A stretch of 64,000 nt of DNA from Flavobacteriales bacterium (GCA_947463125.1 CANHQZ010000003.1:26483-90482); one strand, 5' to 3'. Shown: positions 38,219 through 48,192, numbered from the stretch's first letter. Notes: generated by a model from the letters alone, not told the origin. Program-made: numbers and translations.

Positions 38219-39571
38219 TTACTTCACCTTAATAAGCTTTCCGTCGTTTACATAAATCATGGAGACGGCGGCCAGCAGCATCATAAAGCCTGCGGTCACC
38301 AACGCATAGATGGCATGGTTGTCGAACAGGAATGAGACCATGGGACCTGCCAGCAACGCACTCACAATTTGTGGTATGGTGATAAAGAAGTTAAAAATAC
38401 CCATGTAGATTCCCATTTTTCCGGCCGGAATGCTGCCTGCCAGTATGGCATACGGCATGGCAAGAATGCTTGCCCAGGCCATTCCAACGCCTATCATGCT
38501 GTATGCGAGCATATCCGGGTCGGTAATGAAAAACATCGAAATAAGACCGATGCCTCCGCAAACCAGTGAGAAAGCATGGGTTTGTTTGCGCCCTATTTTT
38601 CTTACAATAGCAGGCAAAATCAGTGCATAGATGGCGCTTACGCCATTGTAAATTCCAAATAATATACCAACCCAGTCGCCGGCTTTTCCGAAGGTGGCTT
38701 TTTGCAATCCGTCATATTCCGAGATTCCTACCGGCAAACCGTATGCGTTTTCCGCTATTCCTTTTGTGGTGTAAACCCACATGCAAAACAACCCAAACCA
38801 GCTGAAGAATTGCACAAGCCCCAGCTGCAGCATGGCTTTGGGCATTCTGCCGAAATCCCTGAATATTTCCGACAGGCCGGCTTTTTCATCCTCCCGGCTT
38901 TCGCCGTGATACCGGGCGTAGGTTTCGGGATCGTATTCCCTGGCAAATAAAACGGTTACCAGGATGCAGGCCAGAAAGAAAGCTGCCCCAACATAAAATG
39001 AATAAACTACGTTGTCTGCGACAAAACCACGCGGGGCTTCATTGCTTACACCAAACAGATTGGTCATCATCCAGGGAAGCCAGCTGCCCAGCACGGCACC
39101 AATTCCGATTAAAAACGTTTGAATGCTAAAACCCAGCGTACGCTGTTCATCGCTGAGGTTATCTGCCACCAGTGCACGGAACGGTTCCATGGCCACATTG
39201 ATACTGGCATCCATCAGGGCAAGGAAAACAGCACCAAAAAGCAGCGCGGATTTTCCGGCAAACCAGGCAGCGCTGTTTGGCAACAACACAATGGCGATAC
39301 AACACAGCAGTGTGCCGACCAGGAAATAAGGCTTGCGCCTGCCCAGGGGCGTCCAGGTTTTGTCGCTAAAATAACCAATCAGTGGCTGCACCAGCATGCC
39401 AGTAAGCGGTGCCACCAGCCAAAACCAGCTGAGTTCATGCACTTTGGCGCCAAAATCTTCAAGAATGCGGCTTGCATTGCCGTTTTGCAGGCCGAAACCA
39501 CACTGTATTCCCATGAAGCCAAAGCTCATCCAGGTGATTTGTGCAGCCGTAAGTTTGGGTTTCTTTTCCAT
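38219..39571 (-). CDS. MFS (GPH/SLC45-like) sugar:cation symporter, probable maltose/maltodextrin permease
   Basis: 450 aa with about 12 TM helices. N-terminal pattern (MSFGFMGIQ.GF.LQ..N.SRI) and the RRKP-type loop (LGRRKPYFL) are typical of the sucrose/maltose symporter group. Located inside the starch locus. Confidence 0.8.
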   Translation of the reverse strand: MEKKPKLTAAQITWMSFGFMGIQCGFGLQNGNASRILEDFGAKVHELSWFWLVAPLTGMLVQPLIGYFSDKTWTPLGRRKPYFLVGTLLCCIAIVLLPNSAAWFAGKSALLFGAVFLALMDASINVAMEPFRALVADNLSDEQRTLGFSIQTFLIGIGAVLGSWLPWMMTNLFGVSNEAPRGFVADNVVYSFYVGAAFFLACILVTVLFAREYDPETYARYHGESREDEKAGLSEIFRDFGRMPKAMLQLGLVQFFSWFGLFCMWVYTTKGIAENAYGLPVGISEYDGLQKATFGKAGDWVGILFGIYNGVSAIYALILPAIVRKIGRKQTHAFSLVCGGIGLISMFFITDPDMLAYSMIGVGMAWASILAMPYAILAGSIPAGKMGIYMGIFNFFITIPQIVSALLAGPMVSFLFDNHAIYALVTAGFMMLLAAVSMIYVNDGKLIKVK

Positions 39572-39605
39572 AAGGTTGGGTCCGCAATCTACGGAATTCG
39601 GTTCA

Positions 39606-39624
39606 TAGTGTCAAACAAACACTA
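39606..39624. promoter_or_regulatory. Candidate operator S1 (TAGTGTCAAACAAACACTA) between the regulator gene and the MFS gene
   Basis: Perfect 6 bp inverted arms TAGTGT/ACACTA with a 7 nt spacer. Confidence 0.45.
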
Positions 39625-39634
39625 TTAAACAAGA

Positions 39635-40345
39635 TTACATTTGGTGGAAGAGTGCTTTGTCGAACCGGTAAAGGCCGGCGGGCTTGTGGGCCACGCCTTG
39701 CTGCTTTTCATTCAATGGAACGATAAAAGACGTGCGCAGGATTTTGCGGCGGAAGTTTCGTTTATCAAATTTATCATCCAAAATGGCCTCATACAGTTTC
39801 TGCAACTGCGCCAGGGTAAAGCGGTCGGGCAGTAGCTCGTAGCCCAGCGGTTCTGTGTATATTTTACTTTTTAGGTGATCCAGGGCTTTTTCCAGAATAT
39901 CGTTGTGGTCAAAACCGAGCTGGGGTACATCTTTTACCTTTATCCAAACGGCATTGCGGGCAAAACTTGAGGGTGTGAGGTTGAATCTTTCCTTGTTAAT
40001 CAAAGAGGTGTAGGCTATGGTAATTACCCTTGCTTCAGGATGTGCCCGTATGCTTCTAAGCCAGTCCTGGTCGTGCTTTTTGCTGATTCGGTCAGGGTCT
40101 CCAAAAGTGTAAACCTGTTCCAGAAAAATATTCTCCAGACCGGTGAGTTCGGTTAATACCCTTTGTGCCCCACAATCCAGGGTTTCATCTTCATAAATCA
40201 GGTTTCCGGGGAGTGCCTTAATCTCATCTACCTTGTCGGTATTGCCCGCCGAACGTTCAATCAACAGTACTTCCAGCTCCTGATTGTTAAAACTGAAAAT
40301 AACACAGTCTACGGAAACATTGGGATTTATAGCATGTTGGGGCAT
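39635..40345 (-). CDS. Nudix-fold transcriptional regulator (NrtR/AraR-like) with a degenerate Nudix box
   Basis: N-terminal Nudix-like domain plus a C-terminal winged-helix-like region (RFTLAQLQKLYEAILD...RNFRRKIL). The Nudix box reads G-x6-E-x7-RVLTELTGL instead of REUxEExGU. Start placed at the ATG at 40345. The track ORF begins at a TTG 20 codons upstream. Confidence 0.65.
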   Translation of the reverse strand: MPQHAINPNVSVDCVIFSFNNQELEVLLIERSAGNTDKVDEIKALPGNLIYEDETLDCGAQRVLTELTGLENIFLEQVYTFGDPDRISKKHDQDWLRSIRAHPEARVITIAYTSLINKERFNLTPSSFARNAVWIKVKDVPQLGFDHNDILEKALDHLKSKIYTEPLGYELLPDRFTLAQLQKLYEAILDDKFDKRNFRRKILRTSFIVPLNEKQQGVAHKPAGLYRFDKALFHQM

Positions 40346-40418
40346 AGCAAAAATGGGGTTCACAAATATAGCAACTTTGGTTTTTTTTATATCAATATTC
40401 AACAAGCTTCCTTTGGCT

Positions 40419-40437
40419 ATGTGTAATAATTACACTA
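40419..40437. promoter_or_regulatory. Candidate operator S2 (ATGTGTAATAATTACACTA) in the regulator/catabolic-operon divergent promoter
   Basis: Core GTGTAAT-A-ATTACAC is a perfect 15 bp palindrome. The right arm overlaps the -7 box of the kinase operon. Confidence 0.5.
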
Positions 40438-40443
40438 AGTTTG
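40436..40443 (+). promoter_or_regulatory. Candidate -7 promoter box TAAGTTTG for the kinase-pgmB-GH65-GH13-GH13 operon
   Basis: Perfect TAnnTTTG, 17 nt upstream of the ATG at 40460. Confidence 0.45.
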
Positions 40444-40459
40444 CACTTACACGAAAACG

Positions 40460-41332
40460 ATGATCATTGTAGCTGAAAGTGGTTCTACCAAATGCGATTG
40501 GCTGATTAGCAATCATAATAATGATGTTCTGGAAACCCACACCATGGGGTTCAATCCATTTTTTCATCAGCCGGATGAAATCTTAACCCATCTGAAGGCC
40601 AACCCTGACCTAAGCAACGCCGCCGGGCAAGCCGATGCAGTTTACTTTTACGGTGCCGGATGCTCAAGCCCGGAAAGAAATGAGGTAATTCTTACTGCAC
40701 TCAGGCAATTCTTTACCAATGCCCACTGCGAAGTAAATCACGATCTGAATGCCTCTGCTTTTGCTACCTGGGACGGACGTCCTGCTATTACCTGCATTAT
40801 CGGAACGGGAAGCAACAGCTGTTATTATGACGGGCACAAAGTTTCGGAGCAGGTTCCTGCGCTGGGCTTCATTCTGGGTGATGAGGGAAGTGGTTCTTAT
40901 TTCGGGAAGAAAATCGTGGCCGATTATCTCTACAAACGTTTGCCTGCTGAATTGCAGACTGCTTTTTACGAGCAATACAAGCTGCAGAAGGAAGAAATTT
41001 TTTACCAGGTTTACAATACCAATAAGGCCAATGTTTTCCTGGCTGCCTTTATGCGTTTCATTGTTCCACACAAGGATCATCCCTACATGCAGGAACTGGT
41101 GTATGAAGGCCTTTCAAGATTTGCGGAAATCCATATCTGTTGTTTCCCTAATTACCGGGAGGTGCCAGTACATTTTGTGGGATCGGTAGCTTTCTATTTT
41201 ACCGAAATTTTGCAAAAAGTGGCCACTGAAAAAGGCTTTACCCTGGGGAAAATCGATAAGAATCCGGGCATGTCGCTGCTGAAATATCACCTGGCCAGAG
41301 AATCGGCATACAACAATACAGAGAAGGCATGA
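40460..41332 (+). CDS. BadF/BadG/BcrA/BcrD-type ATPase-family sugar kinase (N-acetylglucosamine-kinase-like, probable glucokinase role)
   Basis: N-terminal phosphate-1 motif (IIVAESGSTKCDW) and GTGSN motif. First gene of the maltose phosphorylase operon. Confidence 0.7.
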   Translation: MIIVAESGSTKCDWLISNHNNDVLETHTMGFNPFFHQPDEILTHLKANPDLSNAAGQADAVYFYGAGCSSPERNEVILTALRQFFTNAHCEVNHDLNASAFATWDGRPAITCIIGTGSNSCYYDGHKVSEQVPALGFILGDEGSGSYFGKKIVADYLYKRLPAELQTAFYEQYKLQKEEIFYQVYNTNKANVFLAAFMRFIVPHKDHPYMQELVYEGLSRFAEIHICCFPNYREVPVHFVGSVAFYFTEILQKVATEKGFTLGKIDKNPGMSLLKYHLARESAYNNTEKA

Positions 41333-41979
41333 TTCGCGGTGTGATCTTTGATCTCGACGGAGTACTCACAGACACGGCCGTTCACCACTATCAGTCATGG
41401 CGCAGGATTGCTGAGGGCGTTGGTTTTGCATTGACAGAAAAACACAACGAACAGCTCAAGGGCGTGAGCAGGGCCGACAGCCTGGACATTATCCTTGGCT
41501 GGGCCGGCGCGACACTTAACGACGCAGAAAAGGCCGCACTGCTGATCGAAAAAAACAACCATTACCTTGAACTGATAGCCTCGTTATCTTCAGCGGATAT
41601 TTTACCCGGTGTGGTCGCTTTTTTGGAGAATATCAGATCCGGCGGAATAAAAACTGCGGTGGGCAGCAGTTCCAAAAATGCGCCCTTTATCCTGGATAAG
41701 TTGCAGCTGACTTACTATTTTGATGCCGTGGTTGATGGCAATATGGTCAGGCAAACCAAGCCCGATCCGGAAGTTTTTATCAATGCCGCCAAGCTTCTGG
41801 CACTTCCCGCAGAGAGCTGTCTGGTAATTGAAGACGCTGATGCAGGTGTTGCAGCTGCCAGAGCCGCCGGAATGAGCGTACTGGGAATCACTGCGCATGG
41901 ACAGTTGGCGGAGGCTGACTTTTGTGTTCAAAACCTGCTAAATATTGATCTCTCTTTTCTTCAGTCACAATTTTCTTAA
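41329..41979 (+). CDS. pgmB: Beta-phosphoglucomutase
   Basis: HAD motif I FDLDGVLTDT, KG.SR motif (LKGVSRADSL), KPDPEVF, and EDADAGV. Directly upstream of GH65. Confidence 0.88.
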   Translation: MIRGVIFDLDGVLTDTAVHHYQSWRRIAEGVGFALTEKHNEQLKGVSRADSLDIILGWAGATLNDAEKAALLIEKNNHYLELIASLSSADILPGVVAFLENIRSGGIKTAVGSSSKNAPFILDKLQLTYYFDAVVDGNMVRQTKPDPEVFINAAKLLALPAESCLVIEDADAGVAAARAAGMSVLGITAHGQLAEADFCVQNLLNIDLSFLQSQFS

Positions 41980-41992
41980 ACATTGATAACCT

Positions 41993-44287
41993 ATGAAGGA
42001 TTATATAAAGATAAATCCCTGGAGCATTATTGAGGAGGGTTTTGAGTCTTCCAGAAATAAGGTTTCAGAAAGTTTGTTCAGCATTGGCAACGGCCGAATG
42101 GGGCAGCGTGCCAACTTTGAGGAAGCTTTCAGTGGTCCGACCCTGAAAGGTTCCTACATCGCCGGAATTTACTACCCTGATAAAACCCGTGTAGGCTGGT
42201 GGAAAAATGGCTATCCCGAATATTTTGCCAAGGTGCTGAATTCGGTCAACTGGAACGGCATTGAAGTGACTGTTGACGGTGTTCCGGTTGATATGGCCAA
42301 AACAGTGCCAACGCATTTTCGCCGTGAGCTCGATATGCAAAACGGCTTGCTGAAAAGGCAATATGAAGTCAATATCAATGGAAATACCCTAAAAGCTGAG
42401 ACTGAGCGATTCTGCAGCATGGAGCGCAAGAATCTGGGGGTAATCCGCTACAGCATTACGGCTGAAAAAGAATGCACCATTGACATTAGCAGCGGACTGA
42501 ACGGTGACGTGCGAAACCAGGATGCCAATTACGACGAATTTTTCTGGCAAAACACGCAGGCAGGTTTTCACGATCAGCCTGTTGCCTGGCTTTCACAGGA
42601 AACCCGCAAAACCAACTTTGGTGTGTATGCCTTATGCCGCCACCGCTGGAATGAGGGGCAGGCACCCGTAAAGACAGATTCCTCAACAACGGATTTGTAT
42701 GCGGGTATGCATTACACATTCGCACTCAAGGCAGGAGAAACACTGACCTTTGAAAAATATTGTATCATCCTCAGCGATTTGTATGTGAAGCGCGAGGAAT
42801 TTGCCACAAAAGGGATACAGGAACTGGAAGATGCGCACCGCGCAGGGTTTGAAGCGTTAAAAACGGAACAGTCCCATGCCTGGTCTGCCATCTGGAAGAA
42901 CTGCGATATAGAGATTGAAGGTGATGAATCTGCCCAGCAGGCCATTCGTTTTAATATTTTTCAGTTGTTTCAGACCTACACCGGTGATGATGCCCGATTG
43001 AACATCGGTCCCAAAGGATTTACCGGCGAAAAGTACGGTGGCAGCACCTACTGGGATACCGAAGCCTATTGTATTCCTTTTTACCTTGGAACGGCTTCAC
43101 CGGAAGTATCCAGAAACCTGCTTTTATATCGCTACCAGCAACTGCCCAAAGCCATTGAAAATGCCGAAAAGCTCGGATTTAAGAACGGTGCGGCATTGTA
43201 CCCAATGGTGACCATGAACGGAGAGGAATGCCACAACGAATGGGAAATCACCTTTGAAGAGATTCACCGCAATGGCGCCATTGCTTACGCCATTTATGAT
43301 TATATCAATTACACCGGAGACGAGGACTACATGGCTTCTCATGGCCTGGAGGTGCTTATTGGCATTGCCAGATTCTGGGCACAACGGGTGAATTGGTCGA
43401 ACGAAAAACAGCAATATGTGATGCTGGGCGTAACAGGCCCCAATGAGTTCGAAAACAACGTAAACAACAACTGGTACACCAATTATATCGCTTCATGGTG
43501 CATGCGCTACGCAGCAGAGCAGTATGAAAAACTGGGGAAGTCTTCCGGAAACAGATTGTCTGAGATTAAGCAAAAAACCGGGCTGGATTACAGCGAAGTA
43601 CAAAACTGGCTAAAGATTCAGGCCAATATGTACTATCCTTTTGATACAAGGCAGAACGTTTTTCTTCAGCAGGATGGTTTTTTGGATAAAGAACTCATTC
43701 CCGTGTCGCAGTTGCCGGCATCAGAGCGCCCCATAGTGGAGCACTGGAGCTGGGATCGTATACTCAGAAGCTGTTACATCAAACAGGCCGACGTATTGCA
43801 GGGCTTCTACTTTTTTGAAGACGATTTTGATTTGGATGCCCACCGCCGGCACTTCGATTTTTATGAGCCGTTTACCGTTCATGAATCTTCATTATCGCCT
43901 TGCATTCACAGCATTCTGGCCAATAAAATCGGCAATGAGGAAAAAGCCTATGAATTTTACCTCCGCACAGCCCGGCTGGATTTGAATGATATCAATAACG
44001 ATACCTGCGACGGATGCCATATCACCAGCATGGCCGGCACGTGGATGACCATCAGCAAAGGATTTGCGGGTATTCGTGTACGCAACGGAAAGCTTCATCT
44101 GAATCCGGCGCTGCCTGCAAAGTGGAACAGTATGCGTTTCAACCTGCGTTTCAGGGGAAATCTTTTGGGTATCAAAATTGATAAACAAGGCGTTACAATA
44201 CAGAATATTGAGGGCTCACAAACAGAAATCATTTGCTGCTCAAAGCCCTACAGTATCAGTGCCTCAGGCGAAATATTCATTGGATGA
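41993..44287 (+). CDS. GH65 maltose (or related alpha-glucoside) phosphorylase
   Basis: About 760 aa. N-terminal W.I.E..F pattern, (alpha/alpha)6 catalytic region with a general-acid segment (VTGPNEFENNVNNNWYTN), and pairing with pgmB. Confidence 0.88.
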   Translation: MKDYIKINPWSIIEEGFESSRNKVSESLFSIGNGRMGQRANFEEAFSGPTLKGSYIAGIYYPDKTRVGWWKNGYPEYFAKVLNSVNWNGIEVTVDGVPVDMAKTVPTHFRRELDMQNGLLKRQYEVNINGNTLKAETERFCSMERKNLGVIRYSITAEKECTIDISSGLNGDVRNQDANYDEFFWQNTQAGFHDQPVAWLSQETRKTNFGVYALCRHRWNEGQAPVKTDSSTTDLYAGMHYTFALKAGETLTFEKYCIILSDLYVKREEFATKGIQELEDAHRAGFEALKTEQSHAWSAIWKNCDIEIEGDESAQQAIRFNIFQLFQTYTGDDARLNIGPKGFTGEKYGGSTYWDTEAYCIPFYLGTASPEVSRNLLLYRYQQLPKAIENAEKLGFKNGAALYPMVTMNGEECHNEWEITFEEIHRNGAIAYAIYDYINYTGDEDYMASHGLEVLIGIARFWAQRVNWSNEKQQYVMLGVTGPNEFENNVNNNWYTNYIASWCMRYAAEQYEKLGKSSGNRLSEIKQKTGLDYSEVQNWLKIQANMYYPFDTRQNVFLQQDGFLDKELIPVSQLPASERPIVEHWSWDRILRSCYIKQADVLQGFYFFEDDFDLDAHRRHFDFYEPFTVHESSLSPCIHSILANKIGNEEKAYEFYLRTARLDLNDINNDTCDGCHITSMAGTWMTISKGFAGIRVRNGKLHLNPALPAKWNSMRFNLRFRGNLLGIKIDKQGVTIQNIEGSQTEIICCSKPYSISASGEIFIG

Positions 44288-46740
44288 AAACCGCTTCGCG
44301 CATATTGCTCTTTGTCCTGACCCTAGCGCTGGGAGCCTGTGGTCTTTTCAATGTGAAGCATAAGCCAGCTATTCCTTATGCCAATTTATCGGCGCCTGTA
44401 ATGCCTGTGTGGCTGACAGGCGACACCACATTATTGACCAAAGCAGACATTTTTCCGGGTAAAAATGTGGGTGTTTTTGAACCAAAAACGGATGTAAATC
44501 CATGGATGGGGGCTTCGCAGCTGATTGCTGATGCTGCTGAAAAATCATCTGAACTAAAGATTATCTGCCCCAAAGGCGAGCATGGCGGCGTTTTGTTTGG
44601 CCTGCCGCTATTCAATGAAACCGACCGCACCCGCTGCGATCTGATTCTGAAAAAATCTGTGAGAATACCCGTAGAGATAAGGTATTCCGGCAATGCTGCA
44701 GATCAGATTTATGTTAAAGGAGATTTTAACAACTGGAATGAAAAATCAACGCCACTGCGCAGTATTAATGGCAATCAATTCAGTACTACACTGATGCTTG
44801 AGCCTGGAGAATACAGTTATCAGCTGCAGGTAAATGGCAAAGGAATTATTGATCCGAATAATCCCGCAAAAAGAAGCAATGGTATGGGGGGTGAAAACTC
44901 CGTTTTATCGGTAAAAGAGACCCGTCCAGTGCCTCATATAACGGCCACTTTAACCGGAGAGGGTATACTCATCGAGCAAACTGAAAACCTGGGTTCAGAT
45001 CGTCTAAGTATGCTTGCACTGTGGAATAATCAAATCATTGACCATTCACTAAAATGCGAAAACAAACTGATTGTGGAGTTTCCTGCTGAGGCCAAATCAG
45101 TCAAGCGCAGTTACATCAGGGTTTATTGTGCGACTGAGAATGTTCATGGAAATGACCTGCTCATACCGCTGGAATATGGAAAGCCGGTAAACGACCCAGC
45201 ATTGCTGAACAGGGATGACCTGGAGCGCACGGTCATGTATTTTGCTTTTGTGGACCGTTTTGCCAATGGTGACAAAACCAACGACAAACCGCTAAACCAT
45301 CCTCAGATAACCCCAAGAACAAATTTTCAGGGCGGCGATATTCAGGGCATTACCCAAAAAATAAAGGAGGGCTACCTCGAAAGCTTGGGAATGAATGCGT
45401 TGTGGATCAGTCCTATTTCCAAAAACCCAAAAGGCGCCTGGGGCGATTTCGCAGATCCGCATGTAAAATTCAGCGGATATCATGGCTACTGGCCTGTTTC
45501 CAATACGTTGATTGATGAAAGGTTTGGAAATGCGAATGCGCTGAAGGAAATGCTGGATGAGGCACACAGGCGCAACAACAATGTGTATCTGGATTATGTG
45601 GCGCATCATGTTCACAAGGAGCATCCTATATACAAAAAGCACCCTGACTGGGTAACGCCTTTGTATTTGCCCGACGGGCGCATGAATACGGAACTGTGGG
45701 ACGAACAGCGACTTACCACCTGGTTCGATACTTTTTTGCCCACCCTGGACCTCGGCAGACCTGAAGTAGCAAGCTACATGGTGGACTCAGCCCTGTTTTG
45801 GCTAAAGCAATTTGAGTTTGACGGTTTTCGGCACGACGCGACTAAGCATATTCCCGATAATTTTACCCGCCTATTGACTGCCAAAATACGCACCGAAATT
45901 GAGCCCAATCGAAAACAGCGCATTTACCAGATTGGTGAAACATATGGCAGTCCGGGACTCATTGGGTCATATCTCGGACAGGGTCTGCTGGATGCGCAGT
46001 TTGATTTTAATCTCTATGACGCCATGATGCGAACTTTTGCGCAGGGTGGGTCAATGCGGGATATGGCCAAAGAACAAATCAAAAGCCTGGAACGGTACGG
46101 ACACCATCACCTCATGGGTAATATCACAGGCAATCAGGACAAGCCCAGGTTTATGTCATGGGCAGACGGTTCGCTCAACGGCAACATGAGCTGGAACGAA
46201 CTGAAAAAAATCGGGCATACCCGCGATTTGCCGCTGAAGACGGATTCCGCATACCGTAAGTTTCTGCAGTTTTATACATGGCTATTCTTTTCTCCCGGAA
46301 TACCTGTGGTTTACTATGGAGATGAAATCGGTATGACCGGAGCCAATGATCCCGGAAACCGCAATATGATGCAGTTTTCAGGATTAACGGCAGCGCAAAT
46401 GGAGTTCAAAAACAAAATTGCTGAACTGGCGAAACTGCGAACCGGCAGCATGGCAATGTGTTATGGCGATTACAACATAATTACCTGCAATGATTCTCAG
46501 GTGGTGGTTACCCGCAGGTATCTAAACGAACTGGCTGTGATGGCCATAAACCGGGGAAGTGAAGCCATCGTGGCTGGTGCTATTGAGCCGGGCACTTTGA
46601 ATCCCATTATTAAGGAATTTGGCGGTGAGCCCAAAGCTATATGGTCTTCTGGTTTTGATAAGGACAATCTGGTGCGTTTGCGGGGGGGATTTATTGTTCA
46701 GCCCATGCAAACCCTTATTCACATCTATTCTAAAAATTAA
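44284..46740 (+). CDS. GH13 alpha-amylase-family lipoprotein with an N-terminal CBM48/E-set-like module
   Basis: Lipobox (LTLALGAC). Module VKGDFNNWNEKSTPL...EYSYQLQVNG. GH13 regions I-III (LDYVAHHV, GFRHDATKH, IGETYG). Region IV reads GNQDKPR. ATG overlaps the GH65 stop (ATGA). Confidence 0.82.
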   Translation: MKTASRILLFVLTLALGACGLFNVKHKPAIPYANLSAPVMPVWLTGDTTLLTKADIFPGKNVGVFEPKTDVNPWMGASQLIADAAEKSSELKIICPKGEHGGVLFGLPLFNETDRTRCDLILKKSVRIPVEIRYSGNAADQIYVKGDFNNWNEKSTPLRSINGNQFSTTLMLEPGEYSYQLQVNGKGIIDPNNPAKRSNGMGGENSVLSVKETRPVPHITATLTGEGILIEQTENLGSDRLSMLALWNNQIIDHSLKCENKLIVEFPAEAKSVKRSYIRVYCATENVHGNDLLIPLEYGKPVNDPALLNRDDLERTVMYFAFVDRFANGDKTNDKPLNHPQITPRTNFQGGDIQGITQKIKEGYLESLGMNALWISPISKNPKGAWGDFADPHVKFSGYHGYWPVSNTLIDERFGNANALKEMLDEAHRRNNNVYLDYVAHHVHKEHPIYKKHPDWVTPLYLPDGRMNTELWDEQRLTTWFDTFLPTLDLGRPEVASYMVDSALFWLKQFEFDGFRHDATKHIPDNFTRLLTAKIRTEIEPNRKQRIYQIGETYGSPGLIGSYLGQGLLDAQFDFNLYDAMMRTFAQGGSMRDMAKEQIKSLERYGHHHLMGNITGNQDKPRFMSWADGSLNGNMSWNELKKIGHTRDLPLKTDSAYRKFLQFYTWLFFSPGIPVVYYGDEIGMTGANDPGNRNMMQFSGLTAAQMEFKNKIAELAKLRTGSMAMCYGDYNIITCNDSQVVVTRRYLNELAVMAINRGSEAIVAGAIEPGTLNPIIKEFGGEPKAIWSSGFDKDNLVRLRGGFIVQPMQTLIHIYSKN

Positions 46741-46741
46741 C

Positions 46742-48142
46742 ATGAAAAAGAAAATTATACTTCTGCTCTTAATGCTGGCAATGGGTTTGCCGGTTTCATG
46801 GGCACAACCTTCAGACTGGCCTAAAAACCCGGTTATTTATGAGGTTAATCTCCGCCACCACACGCCTGAAGGCAGTATTGCCGCGTTCAGACGGGAATTG
46901 CCCAAACTGAAGCAGCTGGGGGTAAATGTACTTTGGTTTATGCCTGTGCAACCTATCGGCGAAAAGAAACGCAAAGCCAAAGGCGATTTATTTGTGGAGG
47001 ACATTACCAATCCGGCAGAAATGAGCTGGTTCACGTATACGGGGATAAGCCGTTATTTGGGAAGCCCCTATTCCATCAGTGATTACGCCAAAGTAAATCC
47101 ATTTTTTGGTACCATGGATGAATTCAAGTCGTTGGTAAAAGAATGCCATGGCATGGGAATGAAAGTGATACTGGACTGGGTTGGCAACCACACGGCATGG
47201 GATCATCCCTGGATTTCCAAAAATCCCGATTGGTATACAAAAGATAAAAATGGCAACATCACCGATCCGCTTAACGAAGAGGGCAACAGCATGGGTTGGA
47301 CTGATGTGGCAGATTTGAACTATGGCAACGCCGAAATGCGTAAAGCCATGATTCAGGATATGAAATTTTGGATTGAGCAGTGCGATATGGATGGTTTTCG
47401 CTGCGATGTAGCCATGAGTGTTCCTGCCGATTTCTGGGATGCTGCGCGAAAGGAAATTGAGAAGGTAAAGCCCATTTTTATGTTGGCTGAATCTGAAGAG
47501 CATGACATGGCCCAGTTTAAAGGTGCTTTTAATGCCTACTATGGCTGGGAAATGCACCACGTGCTGAATGAGGTTTCGCGCGATAAAAAAACAACATGGT
47601 ACATAGACAGTGTGATGACCCGAAAGATGAAAAAGTTTCCTGCAAACGTATACATGATGAATTTCATTACCAACCACGATGAAAACTCATGGAACGGTAC
47701 TGAGTTTGAACGCATGGGTCCGGCCTGGAAGGTGATGGCGGTTTATACATTTACCGCTCCCGGAATTCCGCTGCTTTACACCGGACAGGAATACGGGAAC
47801 AACAAGCGGTTGAAGTTCTTTGAAAAAGACACCATACTGCCTCAAACCAACCAGGATTATTATGGGTTTTACAGCAGTTTGTGTAGTCTGCGTACAAGTC
47901 AGGCGGCACTTGGCACAAGCCCGGTATTGAACCAATGGAAGGTTATACCTTCCAAGCGCAAGGATCAGCTGATTTTTCAGCGTTCCACTAAGGGAAATTG
48001 TGTATGGATTTGCCTGAATATGGGCGGCGAGACGATTTCGCCTTCAGTTAAGGTACCCAAAGGGAAGATACTCTTGGGGAATGAATGCTATCAGGATAAT
48101 AAGCTGTCACCATGGGGTTACCTGGTTATTCAGAGAAAATAA
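46742..48142 (+). CDS. GH13 alpha-amylase (signal peptide, periplasmic type)
   Basis: Signal peptide MKKKIILLLLMLAMGLPVSWAQ. GH13 regions I-IV (LDWVGNHTA, GFRCDVAMS, MLAESEE, FITNHDENS). Confidence 0.85.
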   Translation: MKKKIILLLLMLAMGLPVSWAQPSDWPKNPVIYEVNLRHHTPEGSIAAFRRELPKLKQLGVNVLWFMPVQPIGEKKRKAKGDLFVEDITNPAEMSWFTYTGISRYLGSPYSISDYAKVNPFFGTMDEFKSLVKECHGMGMKVILDWVGNHTAWDHPWISKNPDWYTKDKNGNITDPLNEEGNSMGWTDVADLNYGNAEMRKAMIQDMKFWIEQCDMDGFRCDVAMSVPADFWDAARKEIEKVKPIFMLAESEEHDMAQFKGAFNAYYGWEMHHVLNEVSRDKKTTWYIDSVMTRKMKKFPANVYMMNFITNHDENSWNGTEFERMGPAWKVMAVYTFTAPGIPLLYTGQEYGNNKRLKFFEKDTILPQTNQDYYGFYSSLCSLRTSQAALGTSPVLNQWKVIPSKRKDQLIFQRSTKGNCVWICLNMGGETISPSVKVPKGKILLGNECYQDNKLSPWGYLVIQRK

Positions 48143-48165
48143 AACATTAAAAAAAGAGACAAAAC

Positions 48166-48192
48166 AAAAGGGTCGGAATTTCCGACCCTTTT
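48166..48192. terminator. Bidirectional rho-independent terminator between convergent operons
   Basis: 12 bp stem aaaagggtcgga/tccgaccctttt with a 3 nt loop, flanked by A-rich sequence on one side and T-rich on the other. Lies between stops at 48142 (+) and 48211 (-). Confidence 0.7.
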
